Positions 28,961 to 49,300 of a DNA stretch of 64,000 bases are shown piece after piece. Below the pieces are notes generated by a model. It saw only the letters and a list, made by a program, of their open reading frames with translations. It did no database searches and had not been told where the DNA came from. Each line of letters opens with the position of its first letter. The first letter of the stretch is position 1. This stretch comes from the human T2T-CHM13v2.0 reference genome, Homo sapiens, in the NCBI RefSeq assembly GCF_009914755.1, contig NC_060947.1. One strand, written 5' to 3'. The position numbers and the translations under genes were made by a program.

Positions 28961-31900
28961 AGATTTGGTCTTTTTCTAAGCCATAGTTTTCGGATATGTG
29001 TGCGTGCATGTGTGTGTGTTTGTGTGTGTGAAATCCAGACATTAGGCATCTTTTAGAAATGGGCCCCTAGAGCAGAAATCGGACCATTTTTTTTTTGCCT
29101 GAGTCTGAGGGGATGATTCTTACAGTGAGTGAAACTGAACCACCTGTAAAAAGGAGAGTTTATTTTCTCTCTTTGGTGCCCCCTAGCCTCCCTACCTAAA
29201 CACAGATCTCCAGAGATGGAGGAATGGAAAAAAGAAGTAATAAATCATTCACACTTTAGTAGGATCATCATGCAAATAACAATGTAAAACTCCAAATGAG
29301 AGGATGAGTCCATCAATTGAGCCTGGTGAAATCCACTGCAGAACGAGGTCTTAATGGAAAAACATAAATAATAAAAATTTTCAGGAAATTAGACCCACAT
29401 TAGTAGGAAATAGAAATGTTTAATGTGTTGGACAAATGGTTCTGTCTGAAGAAAAGTGCTGATTCTTTCATTAATAACAGATATATGCAGGTTGATTTAA
29501 AACAATAACTGAATACCTGAAGAAAAGTAGGGAAGCTGTGCCCCAAAGGCCCCCGCCACATGATGGAGCAGCGGCAGGAGAAAGAATGGATGGATCTAGA
29601 AGGTCCTTCCGGTTCTTTCTTGCCTGCAAACAACTCTCAAGTTCAATCCAGCTCCACCTCTCCCCTGCATTCTCAGACCTCCTCAGTCCACCCAGGTCCC
29701 CTTGTTCTCCTACCGCTCCACAACGTCCTGTCTCTACCACATAACCTTGGATTGAATTCTCTGTCTCCTGAAATTGTTTTCTCTGTGAACATCTTTTCTC
29801 CCCAATCTCCTTGCAAGTTCTGGAGGCCTGAGACTGCCATTCCTCAAATATGAAGAGGGGATCTCTCATTATTTGTTGAAGCAAGTTATACTATGACCCA
29901 TTATATTATGACCATAAGAGTGGGAAATGCTGCCAGCATCTCGCGCTGTTGTGCTTTGTCGCAGTTCTCAGGGCTACTGGCAGAAGAGGGGAACAGCAGG
30001 CCCGGGGGATGCAGCTTCTGTCCCACGCTACTTGGCTCTTTCTCTTTGCCTCTTCCCTTTTTGGCGCCTCTGCTTTCTATTTCTGCCTTTTTCTTTTCTT
30101 CTTTTTAAGCCCTTCTATCCTTCCCACTAACATAATAGGAAAAACTGGTATTCACAGAACTAAAAGCTTAGCAAGAGCAAAAAAATACCCGAATTATTTA
30201 TTTGGTTCTTTTTAATTTTTTTTCTTTTTCTCTTCTTGTGTCTTTCATTTTTTAAAATTGGGCTGAGTGAGGTTTTAGGAATTTGTATCTACTTAGTACT
30301 GTAGATGTTGGAAGGGACCTGAAATAGACCATGCAGCCCAACACATAACTTTATAAAGAAGAAACAGAGATTTAGAGAAATTTAAGGAAAAAAAAAAAAA
30401 AAAGAAAGAAAGAAAAGGAGGTTCAGGAAAGTGCCTGCCCAAAATAGCACAACCGAGGAGTGGCAGGATCAAGGTTACAGCCTGGGTCTCATGGCTCCCT
30501 GTCCAGCAGGCTCACCCCTGCCCAAGGCACGGGATTTTTAGGCATATGAATGCCTAGTTCATAAGGAAGGAATGCTTGAGAAATGCCACTATTATCACAA
30601 TTAGCAATATCTGCAAACGAGTTTCAGGTAGGCCGATTTAATAGCCTATAAATCTAGGAATTAAATTCAACATCAGACAGAAAGGAAAGAATACATTGCT
30701 TTGTCTGACAGTTTTTCTAAACTCATCATGGCAGAGTTTCCTAAAACTCCACAGCCTCCTACCCTGTAAAAATGCTTGCTTATTTCTGGCAGCCAATTAA
30801 AACCAAAATCTGATGCTATAACAGAAATCGGAAGCTGGAAAACTGGTGCAATATCCGATTCAGAAATGAGCGTGAATGTCAAGAGGCCTCTGCTGGCATT
30901 CTTGCGGCCCAGCCCGGGCACTCGTGGCTTGGAGTCAGGCTGTCTGGTGTAATTAAAAGTCATGCTATCTGTTGGGGGAATGGCCTGTTCCAGGATTTGA
31001 AAAAAAAAAAATGCTGTAGGAAAAAGCTCCATGAAATGTATCTATTCCATGGAATTTCATGAAATATATCTGCATGATAATTGGCTGACATTATGGAGGG
31101 CAAGAGGCAAACATCGGGCCCTGAGAAATCCTCATTAACTTGCTTTGAGAACCTTCCAATGAAAATAGAAATAGGGCTTCCTTCCAGCAGAAGCCTTAGG
31201 ACTAGCTTCCTCTGTTTTCATAGGCAGCGGAAACAGCAATCTTTTGTAATCGTTTCTTTTAGAAAACAAAAACAAAAACAAAAAAAACCTTGGTTCTGCG
31301 ACGTAATAACAAAAAAAGAAATAGTGGGACAAAAAAAGAACCAACACACTGAGATAAAAGACATGGCACAATTGCTATTTGATGTTTTCTGAAAAGTATC
31401 ATGATCTGCATGGATTTTTACTTCTTCAATCCTCATGATAGTTGAGACTGTGACTATAGCAATCAAATTTGAGTGGAGCATCAGTTGAATCAGCTCCCAG
31501 GATAATGCAATTTTTTGGGAGAATTGTGAAGCTCAGGGTTTTAGAAGTAATATTCATCTGAATCATGCTAAGATGCTGGTTGTCAGGGAGATGATCCATG
31601 TAGGACCGTGGGACAGGACCCAGCTAGGTGGCTGCCAGCGAGCCTGCAGGCCAGTCTTTTGAGACCTCTTGGTTCATCAATACATTCCAGGAGAGCACCA
31701 TCCCTCCCCAGAGAGACATGGCACCAGGAAGGTACCCATGTTATTTCACTCCTGCCCCTTGTACCCTTGTGGTTCATACCTTACACCTTTAAAAAGCCAA
31801 TGGAAGAAACCTCAGGGCCTGTGTGTCTCTAAGTTAACAATTTCTGACTTGAGAACAAGCAAATATGGGGCGTCAATGGTTTATTGAAATACCGAGGAGC

Positions 31901-32689
31901 TAGAGGGCGTTTGTTTTGTAGATATTCATTGAGCGTCTGCTGGGTGATCATCTGTTCGTAAGAGGCAGTGATGATCAGAACCATCGGAAAAAAGAACTAA
32001 GCCCTCTGGGAACTTACAGTCAGAGATTGGCCACGATTGGCTCCCCCTGTGCAAGGATGAGTTACGTAAAGAGTGCTTTTGTTTCACTGACACTGAGACA
32101 CACATCTTCATCCATCCTCCACCCTACCCCAAGAGTCATGGGACTCAAAAGAAAATTGCAGGAACTGCCTGCTTCAGAGAATCTTAGGATACTTATTGGC
32201 CACACAGTATTCATAACATGGGAGTCAGATGGTATTTCACGTAGTCTGTGCCTGATTCCAAGAGTGAAATTTTTCGGAGGTTTGGTAAATCCCAGCATAT
32301 CAGTGTTTACTCTGGGCTTCTCCAATGCCCTCCCATCATTAAGGCCACCCATATAACACAAGCTGAAGTAGGAGAGGGAACCAATGGCATTGTCTCATCC
32401 TTTCACAGTCCATGATTTATACCATTATGTCCTGGGCCTTAAAGATCCCAGGTTGCTTCAATTTGAACCATCAGGATCTGGGCTCTTCCTGATTGAATTG
32501 AAAAGCGGGAGACTCATTCCAAAGCAATTTATTGGATAAATAGAAGAAAGAATGAGAGAGTGAGGGAGTGAAAGAGGGAGAGTGTGGGAGCGATCAAGAA
32601 ACTTTATACAGATGCCCAGGAAGCCTAGTGTGTTCAACCTGAAGGTTTAATTAGTTCGATGAGTCATCTCCACCCCAGACAGTTTAGAG

Positions 32690-32855
32690 CAATGGTTCTC
32701 AGTCTTGACTACACATTAGAATCCCCTGGGGAGCTTTTGAAAGGTACGGACACCCAAGTCCTACCCCAGATCAATTACACCTGAATCACAGACATCAGTT
32801 ATTTATTAAAGTTTCCACTGCTATACAGAATCATCAGATGACTGAGAACCACTGA
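32690..32855. mobile_element. MER5A/B-like MITE
   Basis: CAATGGTTCTCAG...AGAATCCCCTGGGGAGCTTTT...TGAGAACCACTG. Confidence 0.75.
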
Positions 32856-34449
32856 ATTAGGTTTCTGATAGAAAATTGAAAAGAACCAGATTAAAAAATC
32901 CTCTGCCCTTCTGACTATACTCCAATTCTATTTACATGTAAGACCTCAACATGATTAGTATCAGGCCTCAGTAACCTCAACTTGTTACTATTCTCAACAT
33001 TTTGTGTTACCAAGAGAATCCTGGATATATGTATACATAAACACATGTAAGTATGTAGTAATGTATCTATGTAGAGGTTGGCTCATGGCTATGTTTCTGG
33101 AACCAAGATACATAATGACTTCTTTTTCATCAGGTGAGCATTTGCCTTTTTTGTGGCCCAGGCCTTTGAAAACCCAGCCATTCCTTTACTGGGAGGTCAT
33201 GTGTTGAGCCTGTGCTAGGCACCGAAGCAGATACAAAGGGGCATAACATGGCAGGGCAGGTCCGTGGAGCCTGGTCAGCCAGTGGGGAAGAAAGCATCAT
33301 AGCATCCAATGAGACGGTGTTGTGACCAGGTGAACTGGGCACTAATGGAAGACTGGGACTGGATTGATGGGATCAGGGAAAGAGCTGACTTGAGTGATGA
33401 GCAGTAGCTTGCCTGGCAGCTCAGGGTGAATATGGAAAAGCAAGTAGGGGTGGGGTAGGAAAGAAATTAGTCCATGAGCCTCTTTCTTGTCCTCATCTAT
33501 AATACACCATTGAGAAACAAGACAAAGCAGGAGTGTATAATCTTACTTTGTCCTAACAGGGTTTTGGACACTTGTTCGCATGGGAGAATGAGATACAATC
33601 CTTTCCCTTTAGGAAGCTTCAGTCTAATCGGGTGCTCAGAATTATGGCCTGCATTACCATTCTTTCCTTTTTGAATGGATTTCACCAAAAACAGATCATT
33701 GAATCTTCTTTAATTGAACGCAAAAGAAACCCAGCAACAGCAATTTAAAGAACCTCATTACATGTAAGTTTCCAAAGCAGTGGGCCTAAGACTTCAATGT
33801 GGTAATAACACCCTCTCGTTGTATGTCACTTTGCCATTTATTAGCATATTTGACCTTCAAAAAGCTTTGTGAGGTAGATGAGACAAGACAAGCAATATTA
33901 TTCCCACTATACTTGACCCAAAGGGTCAAATGACTGACATGAAATTAGGAAGTAAGGCCTTGTTCTAGAACCCACATCTTCCTACTTCTTATCTCCTCTT
34001 AATTCTGCCCATTTCTTTTCTTCTGGCCGAACACCAATTTGTCACGAATGTCTCCATATTATGCCATTTATAAAGAAGAGAAGGCTAGTCCTGAAATAAC
34101 TCAATTTGAGGAGAACATGTTAAATTTAATTCTTAGTTCTCAGTTTTGTATCTTAGCAACCACATATATTTAGTAATGACTACTTCGATGCCTATAAAGC
34201 ATGTCCAATGTGCACTGGGTTTCATATGTACTCCTCAAGGAGGATCATAATTTAACTGCAGCTTTGGTTTAAAATTCTAATGACTCCTTCATACTCAGAA
34301 TCTTATTTTTCACTCTCTCTGCTATGCATATGATGTGTGAAATTATGGCTCGCTCAAAAAAAATCTTTTTAAAGGAGGATGATACTAATTAGGGAATTTT
34401 TTTTTCCTTAAAAGTTGTCTATGACTTTAGTAAAGTTATGGGGATTTAT

Positions 34450-34985
34450 ATAGGCATGACCTTTTTGGAGAGTAATCTGATAGTGAGTATCAAAAACCTA
34501 AAATATATTCTCTATTTGACTTGCTAATTCCACCTCTGGAATCTGTTCTAAGGAAAACAAATCTAAAATGCAGACCAAAATTTATGCATAAAAATCTTCA
34601 TTGAAGCATTATTTATAAATAATAAAGCATTATCCATAGTAGTGAAAAAGTGGAAATAACCTAGAAGACTAATAATTTAGTGGACTGGTTAAATTTTATA
34701 TAGTCATAAAATAGAATATTATGTTTCCATTAGAATAAGTAATTCTTTTAGTGATAAAATGCTAATTATATTAGGTTGAGTGATTAAGTGGCATACCACA
34801 GTATATGTGTTTTATGAATCTAGCTATATAAAACCAGATAACTGAGAGGGAAATACACCAAAATGTTAAAGGTATTGTATCTGGGAGGTATTCTATTGGT
34901 AAATTTTTTTCTTATCTATTAATATGCCTCTGGCTTTCTCAAGTTATCTACCATGACTGTACATTATTTTTATAATCAGGAGAAT
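34450..34985 (+). mobile_element. Ancient L1M (ME-like) fragment
   Basis: Degenerate ORF2 end/3'UTR motifs (AATTCCACCTCTGGAATCTGTTCTAAGGAAA, CATTATTTATA). Confidence 0.55.
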
Positions 34986-35022
34986 GATTGTGTTTTAAAG
35001 ACTGCTTGTGTACTAAATGTAG

Positions 35023-35325
35023 GTTTTTTGTTTTTTTTTTTTTTGAGACGGAGTCTCGCTCTGTCGCCCAGGCTGTAGCGCAGTGGCGCCATCTCGGCTC
35101 ACTGCAAGCTCCGCCTCCTGGGTTCACGCCATTCTTCTGCATCAGCCTCCCGAGTAGCTGGGACTACAGGCTCCCACCACCACGTCCAGCTAATTTTTTG
35201 TATTTTTAGTAGAGACGGGGTTTCACCGTGTTAGCAAGGATGGTCTTGATCTCCTGACCTGCTGATCCGCCCACCTCGGCCACCCAAAGTGCTGGGATTA
35301 CAGGCGTGAGCCACCGCGCCCGGCC
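35023..35325 (-). mobile_element. AluY
   Basis: CACTGCAAGCTCCGCCTCC, TTCACGCCATTC; TSD TAAATGTAG. Confidence 0.95.
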
Positions 35326-35466
35326 TAAATGTAGCTTCTTTACACACATTTACTTTGAATAGTTTTAAGAATCTGCTTCAGAGGGCGGTCATGTGAGGAG
35401 TAACTGGAAATCATCTTGGCACTGGCCTCCCTGCTTCTACTTCTGACTTCCTGTGACCCATTTTCA

Positions 35467-35825
<359 letters not shown>

Positions 35826-36276
35826 CCCATATATGTATATAATCTAAAAGAGTCAATTTCCCTCCTCTCCAGGGGTTCCCAACTCATTAAGGCACTGCCT
35901 TTAGGACAGCTGACAAAGCCCTGTGGGATCTGCTGCCCCTCCTATCCACCTATGCTTTCCCACTCCATCTGCTCCAGTCACACTGGCCTCCTTGCTGTCC
36001 TTCCTATAGGCCAGGCATTCTCCTGCCTCAGGGCCTTTGCACTGTCTGTTTCCTCTACGGAGAATGCTTTTCTCTCACACATGGCTGCTCCCTTCCCATC
36101 TTCATGTTTTTCCCCAAATATCACTTCTCAGTGAACCTTCCCTAACCAACCAATTCAGATCTGTACAGCCCATTCTCAATCTCAATATCCATCCCACAAT
36201 CTCTAACCCTCTTACTGGAATCATTTCTTTAAATTTTTAGGATGCTTCATCTTTTAATATACTATACAGCACCCTT

Positions 36277-37896
<1,620 letters not shown>

Positions 37897-38249
37897 TCAT
37901 CACAGGCCTTAATCTGCAATTGGCTGGCCAAGAGATTGAGCTCTTCTAACTCACTTGCACAATGATAATGTGCAAATTTCATTTTGTGCCATTTGTCCTC
38001 TTCCAAAACACTTTTATTTTGGCAGAGAAATGAGCACATTTATGTATTCAGCCTTACATTTGTCTATTTATTGATTCGTATATTTATTGCACATTTATTA
38101 AAACTGACATGTAAAGATACATCATATCGGTCATCTTTGCTATATGATTTAGGTCTCTGCTAATTCTGTTTCAGCTGTTGGATACATTTCCAAAATAGCC
38201 CTGAGATAAATGCATACTTTATTTCATTAAAATATATACTTATTTGTTT

Positions 38250-38770
38250 TTTAATGGGTGGTATATTCACATGGCTCAATAGTCCAAAGATAGAAAAGTG
38301 TATACAATGAAACCTTTCATTTGTATCTCTGTCTTCAAGCTACTCAGTTCCCCTCCCTACTGATCAGTCCTGCTAGCAGTTTCATATGTATTCTTATGGA
38401 GATATTTTATCCATACAAAAGCAAACTCATATATAATATAATTTTTCTGTTTTTTACCCAAATGATAGTGTACTATACACACCATTCTGTACCTTGTTTT
38501 TATTCTGAGTTTATCAAGGAGATGATTCCATATCAGTACATAAAAGTTCTTACTCTTTTTGTAGTGGCATAGTATTCTGTCATGTGCATGCCTCATAATT
38601 GACTTAATCCTTATGGGTGTATGTCTGGATGTCTGCATTATTTCCAGTATTTTGTCATCATAAATGACGCTTCTCCATAAGTTACTTTGCACATATGCAA
38701 GTCTATCTGTAGAATACATTGTTAGAAGTGGATCTTTTTGTCATTTTATACATTTATAATATTGCCACAT
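38250..38770 (-). mobile_element. Ancient L1M fragment
   Basis: Degenerate antisense L1 3' motifs (GCATAGTATTCT, TAGAAGTGGAT). Confidence 0.55.
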
Positions 38771-38899
38771 GTCTGATTTTTTGGATAGGGCACGGGATTA
38801 TAAAGATATCAGTCCTCCATAAATGAATGAAAGATTCAACGTGATCACAACCAAAATACCGATAGCATCAATTTCTGGAGCTTTAAGTTAGCTCATGAT

Positions 38900-39405
38900 G
38901 CACCTCTGCTCAACAATGGCTTTTCACCTTGCTCGGAGAAACAGTCCAAGTTTTTACATTTGCCTGTGAGGCCCTCCTGGATGTCACTCCCTGTTACTTC
39001 TCTGCCCTCACGTTCTTCTCACTCACTTTACTCCAGGTACACTGACTTCCCACCTCAGGGCTTTTGCATGTGCTGTTCCCGCCAGTCTTCCCCTAGGTAT
39101 TGGTGCAGCTTACTCCTTCACCTCAACTGCCAGATTCTCAATGATGTCTGCTCTGACTACCTGGGTCTGTACTTCCCCTACTTCCTAGATAGGAACCTTC
39201 CCTGTTTTGTCTTTCTCCATATGGGTTGCCACCCTCGGATACTGTATCAATTTGACTGATTTGTTTATGTCTTTCTCTCCCAGGTGGAATGTAAGCACCC
39301 TGTGGACCGGGATCTTCCCTTTTCTGTTCACTGCTGTATCCTAAGTGCTTAGCCCTGCTGCCTGGTACTTCATAGGTGCTCAGTCAACATTTACAGATTT
39401 AAATA
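38900..39405. mobile_element. L2 3' fragment
   Basis: CCTCAGGGCTTTTGCATGTGCTGTTCCC...TGTTCACTGCTGTATCC...TAGGTGCTCAG. Confidence 0.7.
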
Positions 39406-39665
39406 AACCTGTGAGAATGGCTAGGGAGCTCTGGGGGAAAGTGATTAATGGGTAAAGAGTGGTTATTAGCTTGACCAGCTAGTAAAATATGTTATAAAGT
39501 AACATAGTTTGGTTTCTGGACCAAGAATAAATTGAGTAGAAAAAAATAGAACAAAGAGTTCATAAATAGACCCAAATCCATATGATAATTTAAAATATAA
39601 TGCAAGTCACGTATCAAATCTAAACAGATGGGTTATCCAATAAATAGCTTTGGAATACCTCTCTA

Positions 39666-40130
<465 letters not shown>

Positions 40131-40734
40131 CTAAGAAGATATCCTGAGGTCAGGAATCTGGAAAAGGTTAATAAATTTCACTAAAAGTAAATAAGCTTCT
40201 GCAGGGAAAATCATCATAAACAGAGTTAGAAAACAACACATACTAGTGAAGACTTTGCAACATATGTGACTTAGGATTAATTTCCTAAAATTACAAAAAT
40301 CTCTTATAAATCTATAAGAAAGAGATAACCTAACAGAAAATTGGGGTAGGACATGAGTAAGCAGTTCTCAGAACAAGAAATCTCAATGGTCAATAAATAG
40401 TAACAATTTCATTTATAATTTTAAAATGCAAATTAAGATATCAAGAAAGTACATTAAAAGAATTTCAGATTGACAAAGATCCAGTGATTTGTTAATAGCC
40501 AATATGGGCAGGGAAGAGAAATAGACACACTCATCCACTTGTCGGGGGCAGTGCAATTTTGAGCAATCTCTGCAGAGCACTTTGGCAATAACTGCAAAAT
40601 TCAAAGCTAGACATGCTCTTTGATATAGCAATTCCACCTCTAGGAATTTATCCTACAGAGACAAAAGTGTGCAAAAAAGATTCATGTTCAGAGATGTATA
40701 TGGTAGCATTATTTACATTAGAAAATACTGGCCA

Positions 40735-43524
<2,790 letters not shown>

Positions 43525-43776
43525 TTAAATAAACTATTTTGCACCCATACAATGGAATGCTCTATAGCCATATAATAAATGACCTGGGGGCTTATATGTG
43601 ATTATATGATACAAGACCCAGTAAATGCAAACCATGCATGTAGTGTATTTTCATTTGTAATATAATGGATATCAATATATATTATTGTATACGTACAAAA
43701 ACTTTCTGGAAAGATTCATTATGTTACACCTGGGTAGTGGGACTTGAGTCTAGGTTTGGGGAGGAAAAACTTTACC

Positions 43777-43857
43777 TTTCTCTTCTTTCTCTCTTTCTTT
43801 CTTTCTCTTTCTTTCTTTTTTTCCTGCTTTCTTTCTTTCTCCCTCTCTTTCTTTTTC

Positions 43858-43922
<65 letters not shown>

Positions 43923-44002
43923 TTTCTTTCTTTGTCTCTCTCTCTCTCTTCTTTCTTTCTTTCTTTTTCTTTCTTTCTTTCTCTTTCTTCTTTCTTTTTT
44001 TT
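43777..44002. repeat. Compound (TTTC)n/(TC)n polypyrimidine repeat
   Basis: About 225 bp almost entirely C/T, continuous with the tail of an antisense Alu. Confidence 0.95.
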
Positions 44003-44260
44003 GACAGGGTCTCACTCTGTCACCCAGGCTTAACCTCCTGGGCTCAGGTGATCCTCCCACCTCACCCTTTAGAGTAGCGGAGACTACAGGCACGTGCCAC
44101 CACACCCAGCTGATTTCTTTTTTGTTGTTGTTTTTTTTTTGGCAGAGACAGGGTTTTGCCATGTTGCCCAGGCTGGTCTCAAACTCCTGGGCTCAAGTCA
44201 TCTGCCCACCTTGGCCTCCCAAAATGCTGTGATTACAGGCGTGAGCCACCACACCTGACC
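43994..44260 (-). mobile_element. Alu (J-like) with internal deletion
   Basis: CACCCAGGCT joins directly to TAACCTCCTGGG. Confidence 0.9.
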
Positions 44261-44484
44261 TGGTTCTCATTTTTTCAATGTGCATGTGTTAGATTTATTA
44301 TAACAACGTAAAAACAGGTTAAATTATACTCTAAACATGGTTCTAATTGTAGAGGACTAAGGTCCAACTGTGGAAGGTAGTTATAAATTGTATGGACTCA
44401 TATTATCTTTGTCAGCAATAATAAAAGGAACTTTGCAGAGGCTGGAAGCTGGATTCAAAAGAGAATCTAAGAAATAGAGACTTA

Positions 44485-44803
<319 letters not shown>

Positions 44804-44999
44804 GAAATAGTAACTTGACTGAAGTCCATGAGGTCAGATAAGGTTATCTTCATCTCCCAACCAACGTAACATCCCCACTTTCCAAACAAAACATATAGAT
44901 GATTAGCCCCAAGCATACAGTAGTCTGAGAGAGTAAGGTTTGCATTATGCATCTTCTTACTAAGGGGTGACCTAGGGAAGGTTATTTAGGTCATCTCCA

Positions 45000-45500
45000 T
45001 CAGTTATTAAGCTCTGTGTAAGACAAACTCTAAATAACAGGGTTTTAAAAGTGGTAAATGTTTTTTTTCCTGTCTTGCAAAACAATCATTCCAAAGCTGG
45101 GAACCCCAGGGTTGGTATGATGGCTCTAGCTCCATGATCATCAGGGATATAAACTCCTCGTACCTTCCTGCTCCATGTCTTAGCAGATTGCTCCCATCTC
45201 AAGGTTGCCTCAGGATTCAAGGTGACAGCTGGAGCTCTAGCCATAATGCCAGAGTTCCAAATAGCAGGAAGGTATAAGGAAGAAAGGACAAAAAAGTCAA
45301 GTCTTGATTGATTTCGCTTTCTTTAAGCAACCTCCCAGAGGGCCCACACACTTTTACTTAGCTCTTATTAGCCAAATACTTGTCACATAATCTCACCTAG
45401 CCACAAGGGAGGCTGGGAAATGTAGTCTTTTAGCTGGTGACATTGTTACCCTGAATAAATCCAGCCTTCTGTTACTCATGAAGAAGGGGAGATTAGACAT
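45000..45500 (-). mobile_element. Old MLT1 (J/K-like) LTR
   Basis: CACCTAGCCACAAGGGAGGCTGGGAAATGTAGTCTTT motif. Confidence 0.65.
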
Positions 45501-46199
45501 TATGCGACAATTTGAAGCGTTTTTCTACTCTTTAAGCTTAGTTTCATCTGCAACAATAATAGGCTTTCCAGGGGTGATGTCAGACTCAAATGAAATAATG
45601 AATGCAATGCTCTATTAATACTTGGTTCCTTCCTCTTCCCTTTTTAAAATTGACTTTCACAGTATTGTTTCGTCTGAGAAAGCAAACAATAATGAAGGCA
45701 ATGTTGATTATATCATTTCTTCCAACTTGAGTCTTGAGTTTTCATTTATATCTGGCATAGTTGATTAATTCTAGCTTTAGGAAAGGTTTGCCCAAAGCCC
45801 AATTTGTGCAAATATTGCTTGACTTTTTTAAAAAGGCTGAAGGATTGCTTGGCCAAATTTTAAATATTAAGAAAGCTATGCAGCATAATAGTGTCTGATT
45901 TAGATGGCTTGTGTTGGGTATGTGGGGAATTGTATGTAAAATCTCAGAGGCAAGGCAGTATGAAAAGGTGGTTAATGGCATGAGCTATGGAGTCAGGATT
46001 CTGGGTTTAACTCTTACCTCACTGCAGACTAGCTCTGTGACTAGGTTACATTATAACTCAAAGGTGAAAATATTTTAAAGATGTAATTACAGTTCCTAAT
46101 CAGTTGACTTTGAGTCCGTCAAAAGAGAGATAATCCTGGGAGGGCCTGAACTAATCAAGCGAATTCTTTAAAATAATTCTCTTGCTGGTTTTAAAGAAA

Positions 46200-47952
<1,753 letters not shown>

Positions 47953-48257
47953 TGTTAAAGCAAACTAAATGTGGCCTGAGAAGGACTCCATAATTCTATA
48001 TTTGAGTCCTTGTGGACAAACTGCAACCTAACTTAATATGTAGACAAGACTGAAAACCTAACTTAGGAGTATGTGCCTGTAACAATAGCTGAGTCTCGGC
48101 CAATCCCAGCAGCCGTACTTCAACCATTCATACACTGCTGAGTGTTCAAACTGTGTTCAAATAAGGCAAACAACAACTTGTAACCAAACCAGTTGTTTCT
48201 GTACCTCACTTCCGATTTCTGTGCCTCACTTCCCTTTTTTGTCTATAAATCTTTTTC
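47953..48257 (+). mobile_element. MER57-like LTR, U3 only
   Basis: TGTTAAAGCAAACTAAATGTGGCCTGAGAAGGACTCC...CCAAT...GTCTATAAATC, then an A-run; no R/U5 or terminal CA. Confidence 0.75.
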
Positions 48258-48654
48258 AAAAGAAAAAAAAAAGCAAATTGTAATGTTGCAGAGAGAGCTG
48301 TGTGTCAGGGAATGGTGGCCTTTAGGAGCTGAAAATGGTCCCTGGCTGACAGCTAGCAAGAAGACTGGGATCTGAGTCCTACAACTGCAAGGAGCTAAAT
48401 TCTGCCAAGAACTGTGTGAAGTTACAAGACGACTCTGAGCCTTAGATGAGAACGTGGCTCAGCTGGAAGCTTTATTTCAACCTTGTGAGACCCTGAACAT
48501 AGAACCCAGTTATATAGTGCTTGGACTCCTGACCCATGGAAACTGTGAGATAATAAATTTGTGTTGTTTTAAGCTGCCAAGTTTGTGATAATTTGTTACA
48601 CAGCTATAAAAATACAAATTCAGGGAATGATTTATCTCAAATTCCTCTAGAATA

Positions 48655-48860
48655 AGGGTCAGCACACTATGGCCTGGCTCAGATACCAAATCCAGCCTAC
48701 CACCTGATTTTGTAAATACAGTTTTGTTGGAACACAGTCCATGCCCATTTCTTTACATATTGTCTATGACTGCTTTCACATTGCAATGCTAGAGTTGTGC
48801 AGTTGCAATGCCTAAAACATTAATATCTGGCTCTTTCTAGAAAAAATCTGCTGATCCCTG
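48655..48860. mobile_element. MER58A-like hAT MITE
   Basis: GGGTCAGCACACTATGGCC...TTGGAACACAG...CTGCTGATCCCTG. Confidence 0.8.
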
Positions 48861-48864
48861 ATCT

Positions 48865-49300
48865 AAAAGAAGACCTTGAGATAAGTACTTGAGAGCAAGG
48901 ATTTACTCTCAGTAAGTACTTGAGAGCAAGGATTTACTCTCAGTAAATACTTGAGTGGTGATTCCAGGACACACTAGGCAAGTGGGAAGATGAGACAGGT
49001 AAAGGAAGGAAGCCAAGGAAGGGTGCATTATTGAGCTGGCTATCATTGTGTGTGTCTGGGGCTTAGTTTTGCCAGAAAGCTCTGGGAAACAGTATAGAAC
49101 ATGCACCTCAGAGTTCTATAGCCACTAGGGCAAGGGAGTTGGGGTATTTATTTACCAACTTGGGTCAGTCATTGGTTGAGGAATGCTGCTTCCACGGCTT
49201 TGAAGAAGGCCTTCGGGCAAAAAGATGGTGACAGGCAGCTTTAATTGGCAAAATTAAAGCTGGTGGATAGTGGTGGGGCAGGGACAGGGTCTGCTACAGG
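48865..49300. mobile_element. LTR16-like ERVL LTR
   Basis: GACCTTGAGATAAG...CTCTGGGAAACAGTATAGAACATGCACCTCAGAG...GGGTATTTATTTACCAAC...TCATTGGTTGAGG. Confidence 0.65.
48882..48955. repeat. 31-bp tandem repeat, 2.4 copies
   Basis: TAAGTACTTGAGAGCAAGGATTTACTCTCAG x2 (identical) + TAAATACTTGAG. Confidence 0.95.

Noticed and set aside
29400-30215. Cluster of 67-137 aa ORFs in unique DNA
   Set aside because: No recognisable domain or convincing exon structure; ORFs occur in several frames, as expected by chance.
33913-33929. TTGACCC-AAA-GGGTCAA everted nuclear-receptor half-sites
   Set aside because: Single short palindrome in MIR-like sequence with atypical spacing; plausible by chance in 64 kb.
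43665-44162. K/E/R-rich and F/L/S-rich ORFs
   Set aside because: Translations of the (TTTC)n repeat and the adjacent Alu.
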